A DNA stretch of 64,000 bases, from NCBI GenBank assembly GCA_903917615.1, contig CAIXBH010000172.1, forward strand, positions 5,898-69,897. The letters are read 5' to 3'. The stretch comes from an uncultured Chloroflexota bacterium. Lineage in GTDB: Bacteria > Chloroflexota > Dehalococcoidia > UBA2979. Every line of letters begins with the position of its first letter. Positions within the stretch are counted from its first letter, which is position 1. Positions 33,400 through 43,637 of the stretch are shown here, one piece after another. The notes beneath the pieces are model-generated. The model ran no database searches, was not told the origin of the DNA, and worked only from the letters and a program-made list of their open reading frames with translations. The translations under genes were made by a program, and so were the position numbers.

Positions 33400-35226
33400 A
33401 TGCAGAGCCTTCTCCGACTGATCCCGTACCTCCAGCGCTACAAATGGCAGGCGGTCACCGCGTGGGTGTCCGTGTTCATCTCTGGCGCGCTGGTGCAGTT
33501 CAGCCCGCAGCTCGTGCGGTACGCGCTCAACCAGGGGCTGCAGCCGGTCTACGACGCCAATCACGTGTTCGTCCGCCTCGACGGCAGCGAGCGCTTCCTC
33601 GTCTACGCGGCGCTCGCGATCGTGGTATTCGCCCTCGGTCGCGGGCTGACGCAGTTCGGCCAGACCTTCCTCGCGGAGTCGCTCGGCCAGAAGGTGTCCT
33701 ACGACATCCGCAACGACGTCTACGACCACATGCAGCACATGTCGTACGCGTTCCACGACAACATCGAGACCGGTCAGATCATGTCGCGCACGACGCAGGA
33801 CGTGGAGAACATCCGCATGTTCTTCGCGCAGGCGTTGTTCCGCATGGTCTACATCGCCGTCCTCGTCATGGTCAGCCTCGGTTTCATGTTCGCCATCAAC
33901 TGGCGGCTCGCGCTGGTCAGCATGGTCACGATGCCCATCGTCATCTGGCGGTCGGTGGTCTTTCAATCGCGCGTCCGCCCCATCTGGCTCGGCATCCAGC
34001 AGAGCCTCGCCGAGGTGACGCAGACCGCTGACGAGTCCCTCACCGGCATTCGCGTCGTGAAGGCGTTCAGCCGCGAGGACTGGGAGAGCGAGAAGTTCCG
34101 GGTGAAGGTGCAGGCGCAGGCCGACCTCAACCTGAAGCAGGCCGTGCAGATGGCGTCCAACCAGCCGATGCTGCAGAGCCTCGGCTTCGCGCAGATCGCG
34201 CTCACGACCGGTGTCGGCGCGCTGCTCATCGCTCGAGGCCAGCTCACCGCGCCGGACGTGCTCGCCTTCGCCCTCTGGCTGAACGCGCTCCAGTTGCCGC
34301 TGCGGACCATCGGACAGCTCGTGAACGCGGCAGCGCGATGCGTTTCCTCGGCCGAACGTGTCTTCGAACTCATGGACGCGCAGTCCGACGTGCAGGATGG
34401 ACCGGGCGCCACTGAGTTGACGCATGTCGATGGGCACGTGCGGTTCGAGCACGTCTCGTTCGGGTACGGCAAGAACGCGGCAGTGTTGTCGGACGTCGAC
34501 ATCGACGCCCAGCCGGGGCAGGTTGTCGCACTCCTCGGTCCGGCCGGCAGCGGCAAGTCGACCGTGGTGAACCTGATCCCGCGGTTCTACGACGTCTCGA
34601 GTGGCGCGATCACGATCGACGGCAAGGACGTGAAGTCGATCACCCTCGACTCCCTGCGCAAGAACATCGGCATCGTCCAGCAGGACCTCTTCCTGTTCGT
34701 GGGGACCATCCGCGACAACATCGCCTACGGGCGCCCCGGCGCGACGCAGGAAGAGATCGAGAGCGCGGCGAAGGTCGCGCGCATCCACGACTTCATCGTG
34801 AGCCTGCCGTCCGGGTACGACGAGTGGGTTGGCGAGCGTGGCGTCACGCTATCGGGCGGTCAGAAGCAGCGCATCGCGATTGCGCGCACGCTCCTGCTCG
34901 ACCCGCGCATCCTGATCTTCGATGACTCGACCGCGAGCGTGGACACGCAGACCGAGTTCCTCATCCTGCAAGCGCTGCAGGACCTGATGCAGGGGCGGAC
35001 GACGTTCGTGATCGCCCAGCGCCTGCGCACGGTCATGCGCGCCGACCAGATCGTGGTCCTCGACCATGGCCGCGTCGTGCAGCGTGGGACGCACGCCGAG
35101 TTGCTGCTGCAGGACGGTCTGTATCGCCAGATCTTCGATCTCGAACTGAAGGATCAGGAAGAGGCACTTGGCCAGGTGACCGAGAGCCGCCGCGCCGACG
35201 CGACCAGTGTCCGAGGAGCCGAGTAA
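33400..35226 (+). CDS. ABC transporter permease/ATP-binding protein (type I exporter half-transporter)
   Basis: Six-TM domain plus an NBD with Walker A GPAGSGKST, signature LSGGQKQR and Walker B ILIFDD. Confidence 0.85.
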   Translation: MQSLLRLIPYLQRYKWQAVTAWVSVFISGALVQFSPQLVRYALNQGLQPVYDANHVFVRLDGSERFLVYAALAIVVFALGRGLTQFGQTFLAESLGQKVSYDIRNDVYDHMQHMSYAFHDNIETGQIMSRTTQDVENIRMFFAQALFRMVYIAVLVMVSLGFMFAINWRLALVSMVTMPIVIWRSVVFQSRVRPIWLGIQQSLAEVTQTADESLTGIRVVKAFSREDWESEKFRVKVQAQADLNLKQAVQMASNQPMLQSLGFAQIALTTGVGALLIARGQLTAPDVLAFALWLNALQLPLRTIGQLVNAAARCVSSAERVFELMDAQSDVQDGPGATELTHVDGHVRFEHVSFGYGKNAAVLSDVDIDAQPGQVVALLGPAGSGKSTVVNLIPRFYDVSSGAITIDGKDVKSITLDSLRKNIGIVQQDLFLFVGTIRDNIAYGRPGATQEEIESAAKVARIHDFIVSLPSGYDEWVGERGVTLSGGQKQRIAIARTLLLDPRILIFDDSTASVDTQTEFLILQALQDLMQGRTTFVIAQRLRTVMRADQIVVLDHGRVVQRGTHAELLLQDGLYRQIFDLELKDQEEALGQVTESRRADATSVRGAE

Positions 35227-37199
35227 TGGGCATGTGGGGTGGCGCCGGGGCGTCCGGCTGGAGCCAGAACATCGGTGGTGGGCGCATGGGGCCGGGCGGC
35301 GCCGGTCGAGGCGCCGACGGCTGGGACGATGACGCCCTCGGTAAGGTCTACGACGCCGAGCTCATCAAGAAGCTCCGTCCGTACCTGCGTCCCTACAAGT
35401 GGCAGGTGACGCTGGCGTTTCTCGCGATGACCGTCCAGGCGACGACGAATTACATGCAGCCGCTGGTGATCGGCCTCACCGTTGGCGCCGGCGTGCGTGG
35501 CGATCAGCGCCAGGTCCTCATCCTGCTTGGCGTGCTCGCCGGCATGGCTGCAGCGGGCTGGTTTGGGCTCTATACGCAGCAGATCCTCATCAACACGGTC
35601 GGCAACAAGCTGCTCGTGAAGATCCGCACGGACATGTACGAGCACATGCAGAGCCTCTCCCTCTCGTTCTACGACGAGATGGAAGTCGGACGGATGATCA
35701 GCCGTCTGACCAGCGACGTGACCGTGATCCAGGACCTGCTGACGAGCGGCTCGCTGAACTTCGCAGCGGACATCGTCGGCCTTGGGATCGTCATCGCCGT
35801 AGTCGTGAAGCTCGACCCGATGCTCGCGCTCGTGACGTTCGCAATCGTCCCGCCGCTGATCATCGCGCTCGCGGTCTGGTCGAAGCACGCGAAGGCCGCG
35901 TTCGTCGATGTCCGGGTGAAGGTGAGCGCGCTCTACGGGACGCTCGCCGAGAACCTTTCGGGCGTCCGCGCCGTGCAATCGATGTCGCGCGAGGGCGAGA
36001 ACAGCCGCCGCTTCGACCGCCTGAACCAGGAGAACCGCAACGCGGCGATCTGGGCCGGCATGCTGAGCGCCGCGGTGCTGCCCGTGGTCGAGATCGCGGT
36101 GGCCGTGGCGACGACCGGCGTCATCATCGTCGGCGGCCTTCGCGCGCTACACGCGCGCGACGTCGACGTGGCGAATCTGTACGTCCTGCTGACCTCGTTC
36201 ACGCTCTACGTGGGGCGTTTCTTCGACCCGATCCGCGACCTCGTCCTGCAGTACACGATGGTCCAGCGCGCGATGGCCGGTGGACAGCGCGTGTTCGAGG
36301 TGCTCGACACGAAGCCGCGCATCGTCGACAGCCCGAACGCGATCGAGCTCGAGGATGTCGAGGGACGCGTCGACTTCGACCACGTCTACTTCCACTACGT
36401 GGAGGGCGTGCCGATCCTGCAGGACATCGACCTGCACGTGGCGCCGGGCGAGACGATCGCCTTCGTCGGGCACACCGGCGCGGGCAAGACCACCATCACG
36501 TCGCTCGTCAGCCGCGGCTACGAAGTCACTGGCGGGGCGATTCGGATCGACGGCCACGACCTGCGCGACATCAAGCGCCGGTCGCTGACGCGGCACATGG
36601 GCGTGGTGTTGCAGACGCCCTACCTGTTCAGCGGCACGATCGCCGAGAACATCTCGTATGGCTTCGAGGTCACGCAGGAGCAGATCGAGACTGCGGCCCG
36701 CGCTGTCGGGGCGGACGAGTTCATCTCGCGCCTGCCGCAGGGGTACAACACCATGCTGCGCGCGGGCGGGCAGAACTTCTCGCTCGGTCAGCGCCAGCTG
36801 ATCTCGTTCGCGCGGGCGATCCTCGCCTCGCCGAGGATCCTCGTATTGGATGAGGCTACTGCCTACGTCGACACGCAGACCGAGGCGATCATCCAGCGGG
36901 CGCTCCGGGAACTGCTGAAGGGCCGGACGTCGTTCGTGATCGCGCACCGACTGTCCACGATCCGCGAAGCGGACCGGATCGTCGTCCTCGATCTCGGCAA
37001 GGTGGTGGAGATCGGCACGCACGATGAACTGCTCGCGAAGGGCGGCGTCTACGCCAACCTGTACCGGATGACGTACGAGAGCGAGCAGGCGGAGCACGCC
37101 GCCGAGGAGATCGGCGAGGACGCCGCGATCGCTCGCCGTCGCCGCGGCGATGTCCTCGGTGCGGAAGAGCCCGCCTCGTCGCCGGTGGCCGGCGCCTAG
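35226..37199 (+). CDS. ABC transporter permease/ATP-binding protein (partner half-transporter)
   Basis: TMD plus NBD with GHTGAGKTT, LSLGQRQL and LVLDEATA. Its start overlaps the previous stop. Confidence 0.85.
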   Translation: MGMWGGAGASGWSQNIGGGRMGPGGAGRGADGWDDDALGKVYDAELIKKLRPYLRPYKWQVTLAFLAMTVQATTNYMQPLVIGLTVGAGVRGDQRQVLILLGVLAGMAAAGWFGLYTQQILINTVGNKLLVKIRTDMYEHMQSLSLSFYDEMEVGRMISRLTSDVTVIQDLLTSGSLNFAADIVGLGIVIAVVVKLDPMLALVTFAIVPPLIIALAVWSKHAKAAFVDVRVKVSALYGTLAENLSGVRAVQSMSREGENSRRFDRLNQENRNAAIWAGMLSAAVLPVVEIAVAVATTGVIIVGGLRALHARDVDVANLYVLLTSFTLYVGRFFDPIRDLVLQYTMVQRAMAGGQRVFEVLDTKPRIVDSPNAIELEDVEGRVDFDHVYFHYVEGVPILQDIDLHVAPGETIAFVGHTGAGKTTITSLVSRGYEVTGGAIRIDGHDLRDIKRRSLTRHMGVVLQTPYLFSGTIAENISYGFEVTQEQIETAARAVGADEFISRLPQGYNTMLRAGGQNFSLGQRQLISFARAILASPRILVLDEATAYVDTQTEAIIQRALRELLKGRTSFVIAHRLSTIREADRIVVLDLGKVVEIGTHDELLAKGGVYANLYRMTYESEQAEHAAEEIGEDAAIARRRRGDVLGAEEPASSPVAGA

Positions 37200-37302
37200 T
37201 TCGCATCTGTTGGCGCGCGGGACTTGTCGGAGGGGGTAGTATCCCCCTCGGCCCAGTGGCCATTGCCAGACACATCGCACGCACGTGCTTGAGGAGGACT
37301 GC

Positions 37303-38097
37303 ATGATTGACTACGGCATCGCCGGGAAGACCGCGATTGTCACGGGCGGCAGCCGCGGCATCGGCCGCGCCTGCGCCATGGCGCTCGCCAGCCAGGGCGT
37401 GAACGTCGCGATCACCGCGCGACGCGAGAACCTGCTGGAGGAGGCCGCGGCCGACATCCGCAAGGAGACCGGCGGCAAGGTCCTCGTCGTCCCCGCGGAC
37501 ATGACCTCGACCGAGGATGTGAAGGGCATGGTCGCGAAGGTCGTCGCGGAGTTCGGCGGGGTGGACATCCTCGTCAACAACGCCGCGAGCTTCCCGTACG
37601 GCACGGCGCTGCAGCTTTCCGTGGACGACTGGATCGCGCACTTCAACGTGAAGGCATTCGGGTACCTCCGGACGATGTTCGAGGTCTACCCGCTGATGCA
37701 GAAGAACCACTGGGGCCGCATCATCAACATCGCCGGGCAGGCTGCCCGTGCGGGCGGCGGCAGCGCCGGCGCGAACAACTCCGCCATCATCAACATGACG
37801 AAGGCATTTGCGCTCGACCTGGCGAAGGACGGCATCACCGCCAACGCCGTGCACCCGGGCGGCCCGGCCGACACCGACCGCGAGCCGATGAAGCACGAGT
37901 ACGACTCGCTGCAGACGGGGCGAAGCGTCGAGGAGATCGCGGCGGAGGCTGCGCGCAACATCCCGCCGATCGGTCGTCGCATCGTCTCCGCTGACCCGGC
38001 GAAGATCGTGCTGTTCCTCGCGTCGATGCAGGCGGACTGCATCACCGGCGAGACGCTCGCGATCAACGCCGGTGCCGACCGGACCGTCATCTACTAG
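37303..38097 (+). CDS. SDR family oxidoreductase
   Basis: TGGSRGIGRA Rossmann motif and NNAA...Y...K catalytic region. RBS GAGGAGGA upstream. Trimmed to the ATG at 37303. Confidence 0.8.
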   Translation: MIDYGIAGKTAIVTGGSRGIGRACAMALASQGVNVAITARRENLLEEAAADIRKETGGKVLVVPADMTSTEDVKGMVAKVVAEFGGVDILVNNAASFPYGTALQLSVDDWIAHFNVKAFGYLRTMFEVYPLMQKNHWGRIINIAGQAARAGGGSAGANNSAIINMTKAFALDLAKDGITANAVHPGGPADTDREPMKHEYDSLQTGRSVEEIAAEAARNIPPIGRRIVSADPAKIVLFLASMQADCITGETLAINAGADRTVIY

Positions 38098-38121
38098 CGC
38101 GCGCGCGAGGCGACTCGTCCC

Positions 38122-39042
38122 GTGACGACTGTGCGAGGGCATCGACGATTCCGGATCGTCGGTGCCCTCCTCGCGTTGCTCGTGCTCGCGGCCGTCGCGC
38201 TCGCGTATGTGGGCTGGGTCGGCTCAGAGAAGGCGATCCATCCGCCGGCCCCGACGGAGGTGCCCCGCGTCACGGACTATCGCTTGACGCTACAGGAGGT
38301 TTCGTTCAGCTCGCGTGACGGCACGCGGCTTGCCGGGTGGTTCATCGCTGCCCCAACGGGCGTGCGGCAAGCGCCGACGGTGGTGCTGTTGCACGGCTAC
38401 GGCGGCCAGAAGGAGGAGCTGCTTCCCCACGCGCAGTACCTCTCCGCGCAGGGCTACAACCTGCTGCTGTTCGACTTCCGTGCACGGGGAGCGTCAGGCG
38501 GGAACGCTGTCACGGTTGGCGCGCTGGAGCGCGGCGATGCGCTGGGCGCGCTGGACTACCTCGGCCAGCGGGGCGACATCGATATGAAGCGCGTCGGGCT
38601 GCAGGGCGGCTCGATGGGCGCAGCTGTGGCGGTCATGGTCGCCGCCGATGACCCGCGGGTCGCCGGTGTGATCGCCGAGGCCCCCTTCAAGGACGTCCCC
38701 ACCGAGGTCTCCGGCTCATTCGAGCGCCGGATCGGCCTGCCCGCGTTCCCGTTCGCGCCGATCACGGTCTGGATTGCCGAGCTCCGCGCCGGGACCCGCA
38801 TCGACGACGTCTCTCCGATCCGCGCGGTGCCGCACCTTGAGGGGCGGCCGCTGCTCGTGATCGACGATGAGCGTGACACAGCCATCGCGCCGGGCAGCGC
38901 GAAGGCCGTGTTCGAAGCGGCGCGCGAGCCCAAGCGCTACTACCTCGCTCCCGGTGCGGCGCACGGCCGGGGTCATCGCGACGCGGGATCGGCCTTCGAC
39001 GCGCAGGTCATCGACTTCTGGCGAGGTGTGTTCGGCCCGTAA
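38122..39042 (+). CDS. Alpha/beta hydrolase (dienelactone hydrolase / S9-like), membrane-anchored
   Basis: N-terminal TM helix, LLHGYGG, GGSMGAA nucleophile elbow and a C-terminal AHG. Confidence 0.75.
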   Translation: MTTVRGHRRFRIVGALLALLVLAAVALAYVGWVGSEKAIHPPAPTEVPRVTDYRLTLQEVSFSSRDGTRLAGWFIAAPTGVRQAPTVVLLHGYGGQKEELLPHAQYLSAQGYNLLLFDFRARGASGGNAVTVGALERGDALGALDYLGQRGDIDMKRVGLQGGSMGAAVAVMVAADDPRVAGVIAEAPFKDVPTEVSGSFERRIGLPAFPFAPITVWIAELRAGTRIDDVSPIRAVPHLEGRPLLVIDDERDTAIAPGSAKAVFEAAREPKRYYLAPGAAHGRGHRDAGSAFDAQVIDFWRGVFGP

Positions 39043-39084
39043 GGCACCGCCGCGCCATACTCCTCGAAGGGACGAGGAGACGCG

Positions 39085-39657
39085 ATGCTGCAGAACGACA
39101 CCCAGGCGATCATCTTCACGGGTGTCGCGACGCTCTTCTTCGGGTTCGCTGCGGGCGCCGCCGTGAACTGGTACCTCAACAAGGTGGGCTCGCCGCTCGT
39201 CGCGGAACTTCGGGGCAGCCTGACGTTCATTTCCTCGATCGTCGGCGACGGGGTCCTGCTTCCCATCGTGAACATGGTGATCGTCGCGTTCCTCCTCCGG
39301 GAGCGCGCGCTGATCTCGAACAACGTGTGGGGCATCTCGCTGGTGCTCGGCCTGTGCGTGACCGCGTACTTCCACATCGTGCAGGCGGCGCGTGGGCTGG
39401 TGAACTGGACGATGCCCACACCGTGGCACTGGAACATCCTCGGCGTGTGGCACGCGATCTACATGTTCTCGGTTGCGACGCTCGTCTCGATGTTCTTCGT
39501 CGTCGTGGCACTCGCGGCGCTCGCCGGGCACGCCCCGTGGGTGGCGCTGGGCATCGTGAGCGCCGGGATCGTGGCGTTCTTCTTCCTGCTGCGGCTGGAT
39601 TACGCGGCGGTCGAATGGGGCGCGCTGCTCCCCGGCCACGACGAGGACAAGTCCTAG
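39085..39657 (+). CDS. Integral membrane protein, unknown function
   Basis: 190 aa with 5-6 hydrophobic helices. Confidence 0.5.
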   Translation: MLQNDTQAIIFTGVATLFFGFAAGAAVNWYLNKVGSPLVAELRGSLTFISSIVGDGVLLPIVNMVIVAFLLRERALISNNVWGISLVLGLCVTAYFHIVQAARGLVNWTMPTPWHWNILGVWHAIYMFSVATLVSMFFVVVALAALAGHAPWVALGIVSAGIVAFFFLLRLDYAAVEWGALLPGHDEDKS

Positions 39658-39669
39658 CCCACTGAGGGC

Positions 39670-40455
39670 CTAGCCCCGGCGTCGCGCCTCCACGGCCGCG
39701 TCCACCTCCGCGCGGAACGTGTCCGCACCGAGGCGCAGCAGCCCCAGCGACGCGATGGTAACGAAGTTCGCACCGGCCTCGATGAGGGCGGCAACGCCAG
39801 CGGCGTCGGTCGCGGCGTTTCCGCCGATGCCCGCGTGCTTGCCGGCGGTGCGGACGCGCCGGACGACGCCGTCCATCACCCGGCGGACCTCAGCGACTGG
39901 CGGGTTGCCGAGGCTCTGTCCGAGGTCGCTCGCGGCGGTGTGGATCACGTCCACGCCCGGCACGGCGAGGATCTCGTCGAGGTTCGCAATCGCCTCGGTC
40001 TCCTCGCACATCGGGATGACGAGCAACTGCTCGTTGATCCACTTCGCCGTCTCCACGCGGCCCGCCGCCACGTTGTACTCATGTGCCCGACCGCCCGCCG
40101 CGCCCCGGTGGCCTTCCGGGAAGTAGCGCGCGGCGGTGGTCACCGCCTCCGCCTGCGCACGCGTGTTCACGTGCGGCACGATGATGCCCTGGACGCCGCG
40201 GTCGAGGTGGCGAAGGATCGTCCCGTCGCTGTGGTCCGGTACGCGGACGATCGGCGTGATGTCGTACGCCTCGGCGGCGCGGACGAGCTGCTCGAGCTCG
40301 CTCAGGGTGATTGAGCCGTGCTCGCAGTCGAAGAAGACGAAGTCGTAGCCGATCGCGCCGAGGAGCTCGACCGTCTCCGGCGCGAAGCCGCTGACGATGC
40401 CGCCGAAGACGACCTTTCCCTCCGCGAGCTTGGCCTTGGTCGTATTGATGCGCAT
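39670..40455 (-). CDS. HpcH/HpaI family aldolase (2-keto-3-deoxy-acid aldolase)
   Basis: DFVFFDCEHG...IVRVP...IIVPHV match the class II pyruvate-aldolase TIM-barrel pattern. Confidence 0.8.
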   Translation of the reverse strand: MRINTTKAKLAEGKVVFGGIVSGFAPETVELLGAIGYDFVFFDCEHGSITLSELEQLVRAAEAYDITPIVRVPDHSDGTILRHLDRGVQGIIVPHVNTRAQAEAVTTAARYFPEGHRGAAGGRAHEYNVAAGRVETAKWINEQLLVIPMCEETEAIANLDEILAVPGVDVIHTAASDLGQSLGNPPVAEVRRVMDGVVRRVRTAGKHAGIGGNAATDAAGVAALIEAGANFVTIASLGLLRLGADTFRAEVDAAVEARRRG

Positions 40456-40577
40456 CGTCTCCCCTTCGCCATGTCCGTTCGGCGCGAGTGTAGCGAGCGC
40501 ACGCCCTCGACGGGCGGCCGTCCGCTCTGGTACGAAGGGCCCGTAACGCCGCCTGCGGGCGGTCGAGGAGGAACGTC

Positions 40578-41054
40578 ATGCCACCGGAGATTCGCCGCAT
40601 CGTCACGGGCCACAACGCGCAGGGGAAGGCCATCGTGCTGTACGACGGCATCGTGCCGACCGCGTCGGCGCGACCGGGGGCGCAGCGCGGCTCGCTGTGG
40701 TCATCGGTCGGGTTCCCGCTCAACAACGACGGAGCCGAAGACGAGGCGCTGCGCGAAGTCGGCACCACGATCGACGGCGGCACCGTGTTCCGCTTCGTCT
40801 CGTTCGAGCCCGGGAACGCCCCGCGGATGCATCGGACAGACTCGACCGACTACGCGATCGTGATGTCCGGCGAGATCGACATGGTGCTCGACGACGACGT
40901 CACGGTGCACGTGAAGGCGGGCGATGTCATCGTGCAGCGGGGGACGATCCATAACTGGCTGAACCACGGCACCGAGCCGTGCGTGATCGCCTTCATCCTC
41001 ATCGCCGCGAAGCCAGTTGAGGTGGGCGGACAGGTTCTCCACGCTCAGGGGTAG
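40578..41054 (+). CDS. Cupin domain protein
   Basis: 158 aa with motif-1-like MHRTDSTDYAIVMSGE and motif-2-like GDVIVQRGTIHNW. Confidence 0.7.
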   Translation: MPPEIRRIVTGHNAQGKAIVLYDGIVPTASARPGAQRGSLWSSVGFPLNNDGAEDEALREVGTTIDGGTVFRFVSFEPGNAPRMHRTDSTDYAIVMSGEIDMVLDDDVTVHVKAGDVIVQRGTIHNWLNHGTEPCVIAFILIAAKPVEVGGQVLHAQG

Positions 41055-41142
41055 GCTGCGTTCCCAGGCGCTCGGTCACGCGTGCGCGGGGGTCTATGAT
41101 GCGCCGCGGCAGCCGAGGACTTCGATGGCCCGGTGAGCGGAG

Positions 41143-42501
41143 GTGCCCGCGATGACGAACCTGCCCCAGGCGGCTGTGCGCGCGCCCCGCTTCTTCTACG
41201 GCTGGGTCGTCGTGGGGGTCTGCTTCCTCGCGCAATTCGGTGGCACGATCACCGGCACCTACGGGCTTGCGGCGCTCCTCGTGCCGATGTCGCAGGACAC
41301 CGGCTGGAGCCAGACGCAGATCATCGGCGTGAACCTCCCGGCGTCGATCACGTCCGCGCTCGTGTCGCCGTTCTTCGGGCGGATCGCGGACCGCTACGGC
41401 ACCCGGGCGCCGATGACGTTCGCGGCGCTTCTCGGTGGCATCACGATCATCTCGATCGCGTGGGTGCATGACCTCTGGGTGTACTACCTCGTCTTCGGAC
41501 TCGTGAACGGCGTGACCCGCCCGATGGTGCAGGTCATCGGGGTCTCGCAGGGTGTGGCGCACTGGTTCGTGAAGCGACGGGCGCTGGCAGCCGGCATCGT
41601 GTCCATCGCGATTCCGATTTCCGGGTTCTTCGGCGTCCCGCTGGCCACCGCGCTCGTGATCCAGTTCGGTTGGCGCGGCACCTGGGTCGTACTCGGCGCG
41701 ATCCTGATCGTCCTCGTCGCTGCCCCCACGTGGTTCCTCTGGAAGTCGCGGCCCGAGGAGATGGGGCTGCTTCCGGACGGCGAGGTCACCCCTGCGAGTC
41801 CCACCGAGTCTGCCGTGGTAGCGGCGCCGAAGGCCCCGGGGCGCTGGGGACGGTTCTCGCATTACCGTACCGAGATCGAATGGGCTCCGAGCGAGGCGAT
41901 CAAGACGCCGGTCTTCTGGGTGCTGGCGGTCATCCTCCCGATCATCGCGCTGGCCGGGCCGGCGTTCACGACGCTCGTGGTGGCGTTCTTCCGCGGTCGC
42001 GGGCTCAGTCCGGCGGCGGCAGCGTTTGCCTCGAGTAGCTTCGTGGTTGGGACGTTCTTCGCGCGCTTCATGTGGGGCTACCTGGGCGCGCGGCTGCACA
42101 TCCAGTACTGCTACGTCGTGCTCGGACTGATCGCTACGGCGGCCACTACGCTCATCGTGGTCGCTCCCGGCATCCGGATGACGTACGTGTCCGTGGCATT
42201 CCTCGGCACCGCCGCGGGCGGCCTGCTCCAGCTGCAGCTGCAGATCTGGCCCGATTACTTCGGCCGGGAAGGCATCGGCACGCTGCGGGGCTACTCCGCG
42301 CCCTTCCAGATCCTCGGCACCACGCTCGGCCCGCTGTTCGCCGCCTTCGTCCACGACCGGACCGGTTCCTATGACCGCGCGTTGCTGCTCTACGCGGCGA
42401 TCAGCGCGGTCTGCGTGGTGATCATGCTGGTCGCCGGTGGCCCACCGAAATATCGCGGGGCCGCTGCGGGCAGCGCGTCGAGCCCCGCGCAGGGCGGTTG
42501 A
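41143..42501 (+). CDS. MFS transporter
   Basis: 452 aa, 12 TM helices, FFYGWVVVGVCF N-terminus typical of OFA-like MFS. Confidence 0.8.
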   Translation: MPAMTNLPQAAVRAPRFFYGWVVVGVCFLAQFGGTITGTYGLAALLVPMSQDTGWSQTQIIGVNLPASITSALVSPFFGRIADRYGTRAPMTFAALLGGITIISIAWVHDLWVYYLVFGLVNGVTRPMVQVIGVSQGVAHWFVKRRALAAGIVSIAIPISGFFGVPLATALVIQFGWRGTWVVLGAILIVLVAAPTWFLWKSRPEEMGLLPDGEVTPASPTESAVVAAPKAPGRWGRFSHYRTEIEWAPSEAIKTPVFWVLAVILPIIALAGPAFTTLVVAFFRGRGLSPAAAAFASSSFVVGTFFARFMWGYLGARLHIQYCYVVLGLIATAATTLIVVAPGIRMTYVSVAFLGTAAGGLLQLQLQIWPDYFGREGIGTLRGYSAPFQILGTTLGPLFAAFVHDRTGSYDRALLLYAAISAVCVVIMLVAGGPPKYRGAAAGSASSPAQGG

Positions 42502-42598
42502 CGGGCGCGGACGGGCGTCGCACAGTGCGGCGGGCGGCGCGCATGGGTGCGCGGCCGCGCGGCCGCAATCCGCGTTCGAGCAGGAGGAGGGGAATCGC

Positions 42599-43552
42599 AT
42601 GGCCGACTTCACCGAGATCGTGAACATGCACACGCATCTCTGCCGCGATCTGCAGCAGGAGAAGCAGGTGTACCCGCACAAGGGCTGGCCGGACGACTGG
42701 TACGTCGGGAGCCCCGACCGAATGATCCCAAACATGAACGCCACGGGCGTGTCCTACATCGTGACGATGAACGTCATGGACACGATCGCCATGGTGGACG
42801 CCCGCATCCGTCGCGCTCGCCAGCAGGGCGCATCCGAGGAGGAGATCGCGAAGGCGCGCATCGACCTCAAGGAGGACATGCGGCAGCGCGCGCGCGAAAT
42901 GAACGACTGGTCGATCGAGGCGCAGAACAAAGAGCCGCGCCTTGTCACCTACATGATGATCGACCCGATCCTCATGGGTGAGACGACGATGGAAGAGTTC
43001 GAGCGCTGCGTCGCCCTCGGTGCCAAGGGCGTGAAAGTGCACCCGGACATCTACGAGCACCTGCCCGACCACCCCCTGATGATGCCGATCTACGAGCGGT
43101 GCCAGGAGCTCGGGTTGGGCGTGCTGAGCGACAGCCGTAATGGCGAGTTCGGGCAGCCCAACGGCTGGATCCCCGTGCTCAAGACCTTCCCGCACCTGAA
43201 GTTCATCATGGCTCACCTCTGCGACGAGATGTGGGACGACCGCATCGACCTCGCCCGCCAGTTCCCCGACAACCTCTGGTTCGACATGTCGAGCGGGCTC
43301 GTCGACGAGCACCACCCTGCGGGCGGTCACGGCTGCATGCCGACCACCCAAGCCGTGCGCGTATTCCGCAAGGTTGGGACCGAGCGGATCATGTACGGCT
43401 CCGACGGTCGGCCGGGCGGCGACGCGCTGTACGGCGCGCGGCAGGTGCAGGAGCTTCCCTTCACAGACGCCGAGAAGGAGGCGATCCTCGCCGGCAACGC
43501 CAAGAAGTTCTTCGGCCTGCCGAACCTCGACTGGAGCAAGATCCAGCGGTAG
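42599..43552 (+). CDS. Amidohydrolase-2 family (TIM-barrel metal-dependent hydrolase)
   Basis: VNMHTHL...KVHPD...MAHLCDE...D metal-ligand pattern. RBS caGGAGGAGGgg. Trimmed to the ATG at 42599. Confidence 0.75.
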   Translation: MADFTEIVNMHTHLCRDLQQEKQVYPHKGWPDDWYVGSPDRMIPNMNATGVSYIVTMNVMDTIAMVDARIRRARQQGASEEEIAKARIDLKEDMRQRAREMNDWSIEAQNKEPRLVTYMMIDPILMGETTMEEFERCVALGAKGVKVHPDIYEHLPDHPLMMPIYERCQELGLGVLSDSRNGEFGQPNGWIPVLKTFPHLKFIMAHLCDEMWDDRIDLARQFPDNLWFDMSSGLVDEHHPAGGHGCMPTTQAVRVFRKVGTERIMYGSDGRPGGDALYGARQVQELPFTDAEKEAILAGNAKKFFGLPNLDWSKIQR

Positions 43553-43637
43553 GTCGAGTCGCACCGTTGATGCTCACCGGGGCCTCCCGCATGCGCGGGG
43601 GGCCTCGTGCGCTACGGGAGACGATAGGGGAGCGGCA

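Noticed and set aside
32257-34788. 843-aa minus-strand ORF
   Set aside because: Antisense to the 304-aa hypothetical and to the first ABC exporter gene. Asp/Arg/His-rich junk.
36147-37304. 385-aa minus-strand ORF
   Set aside because: Antisense to the second ABC exporter gene.
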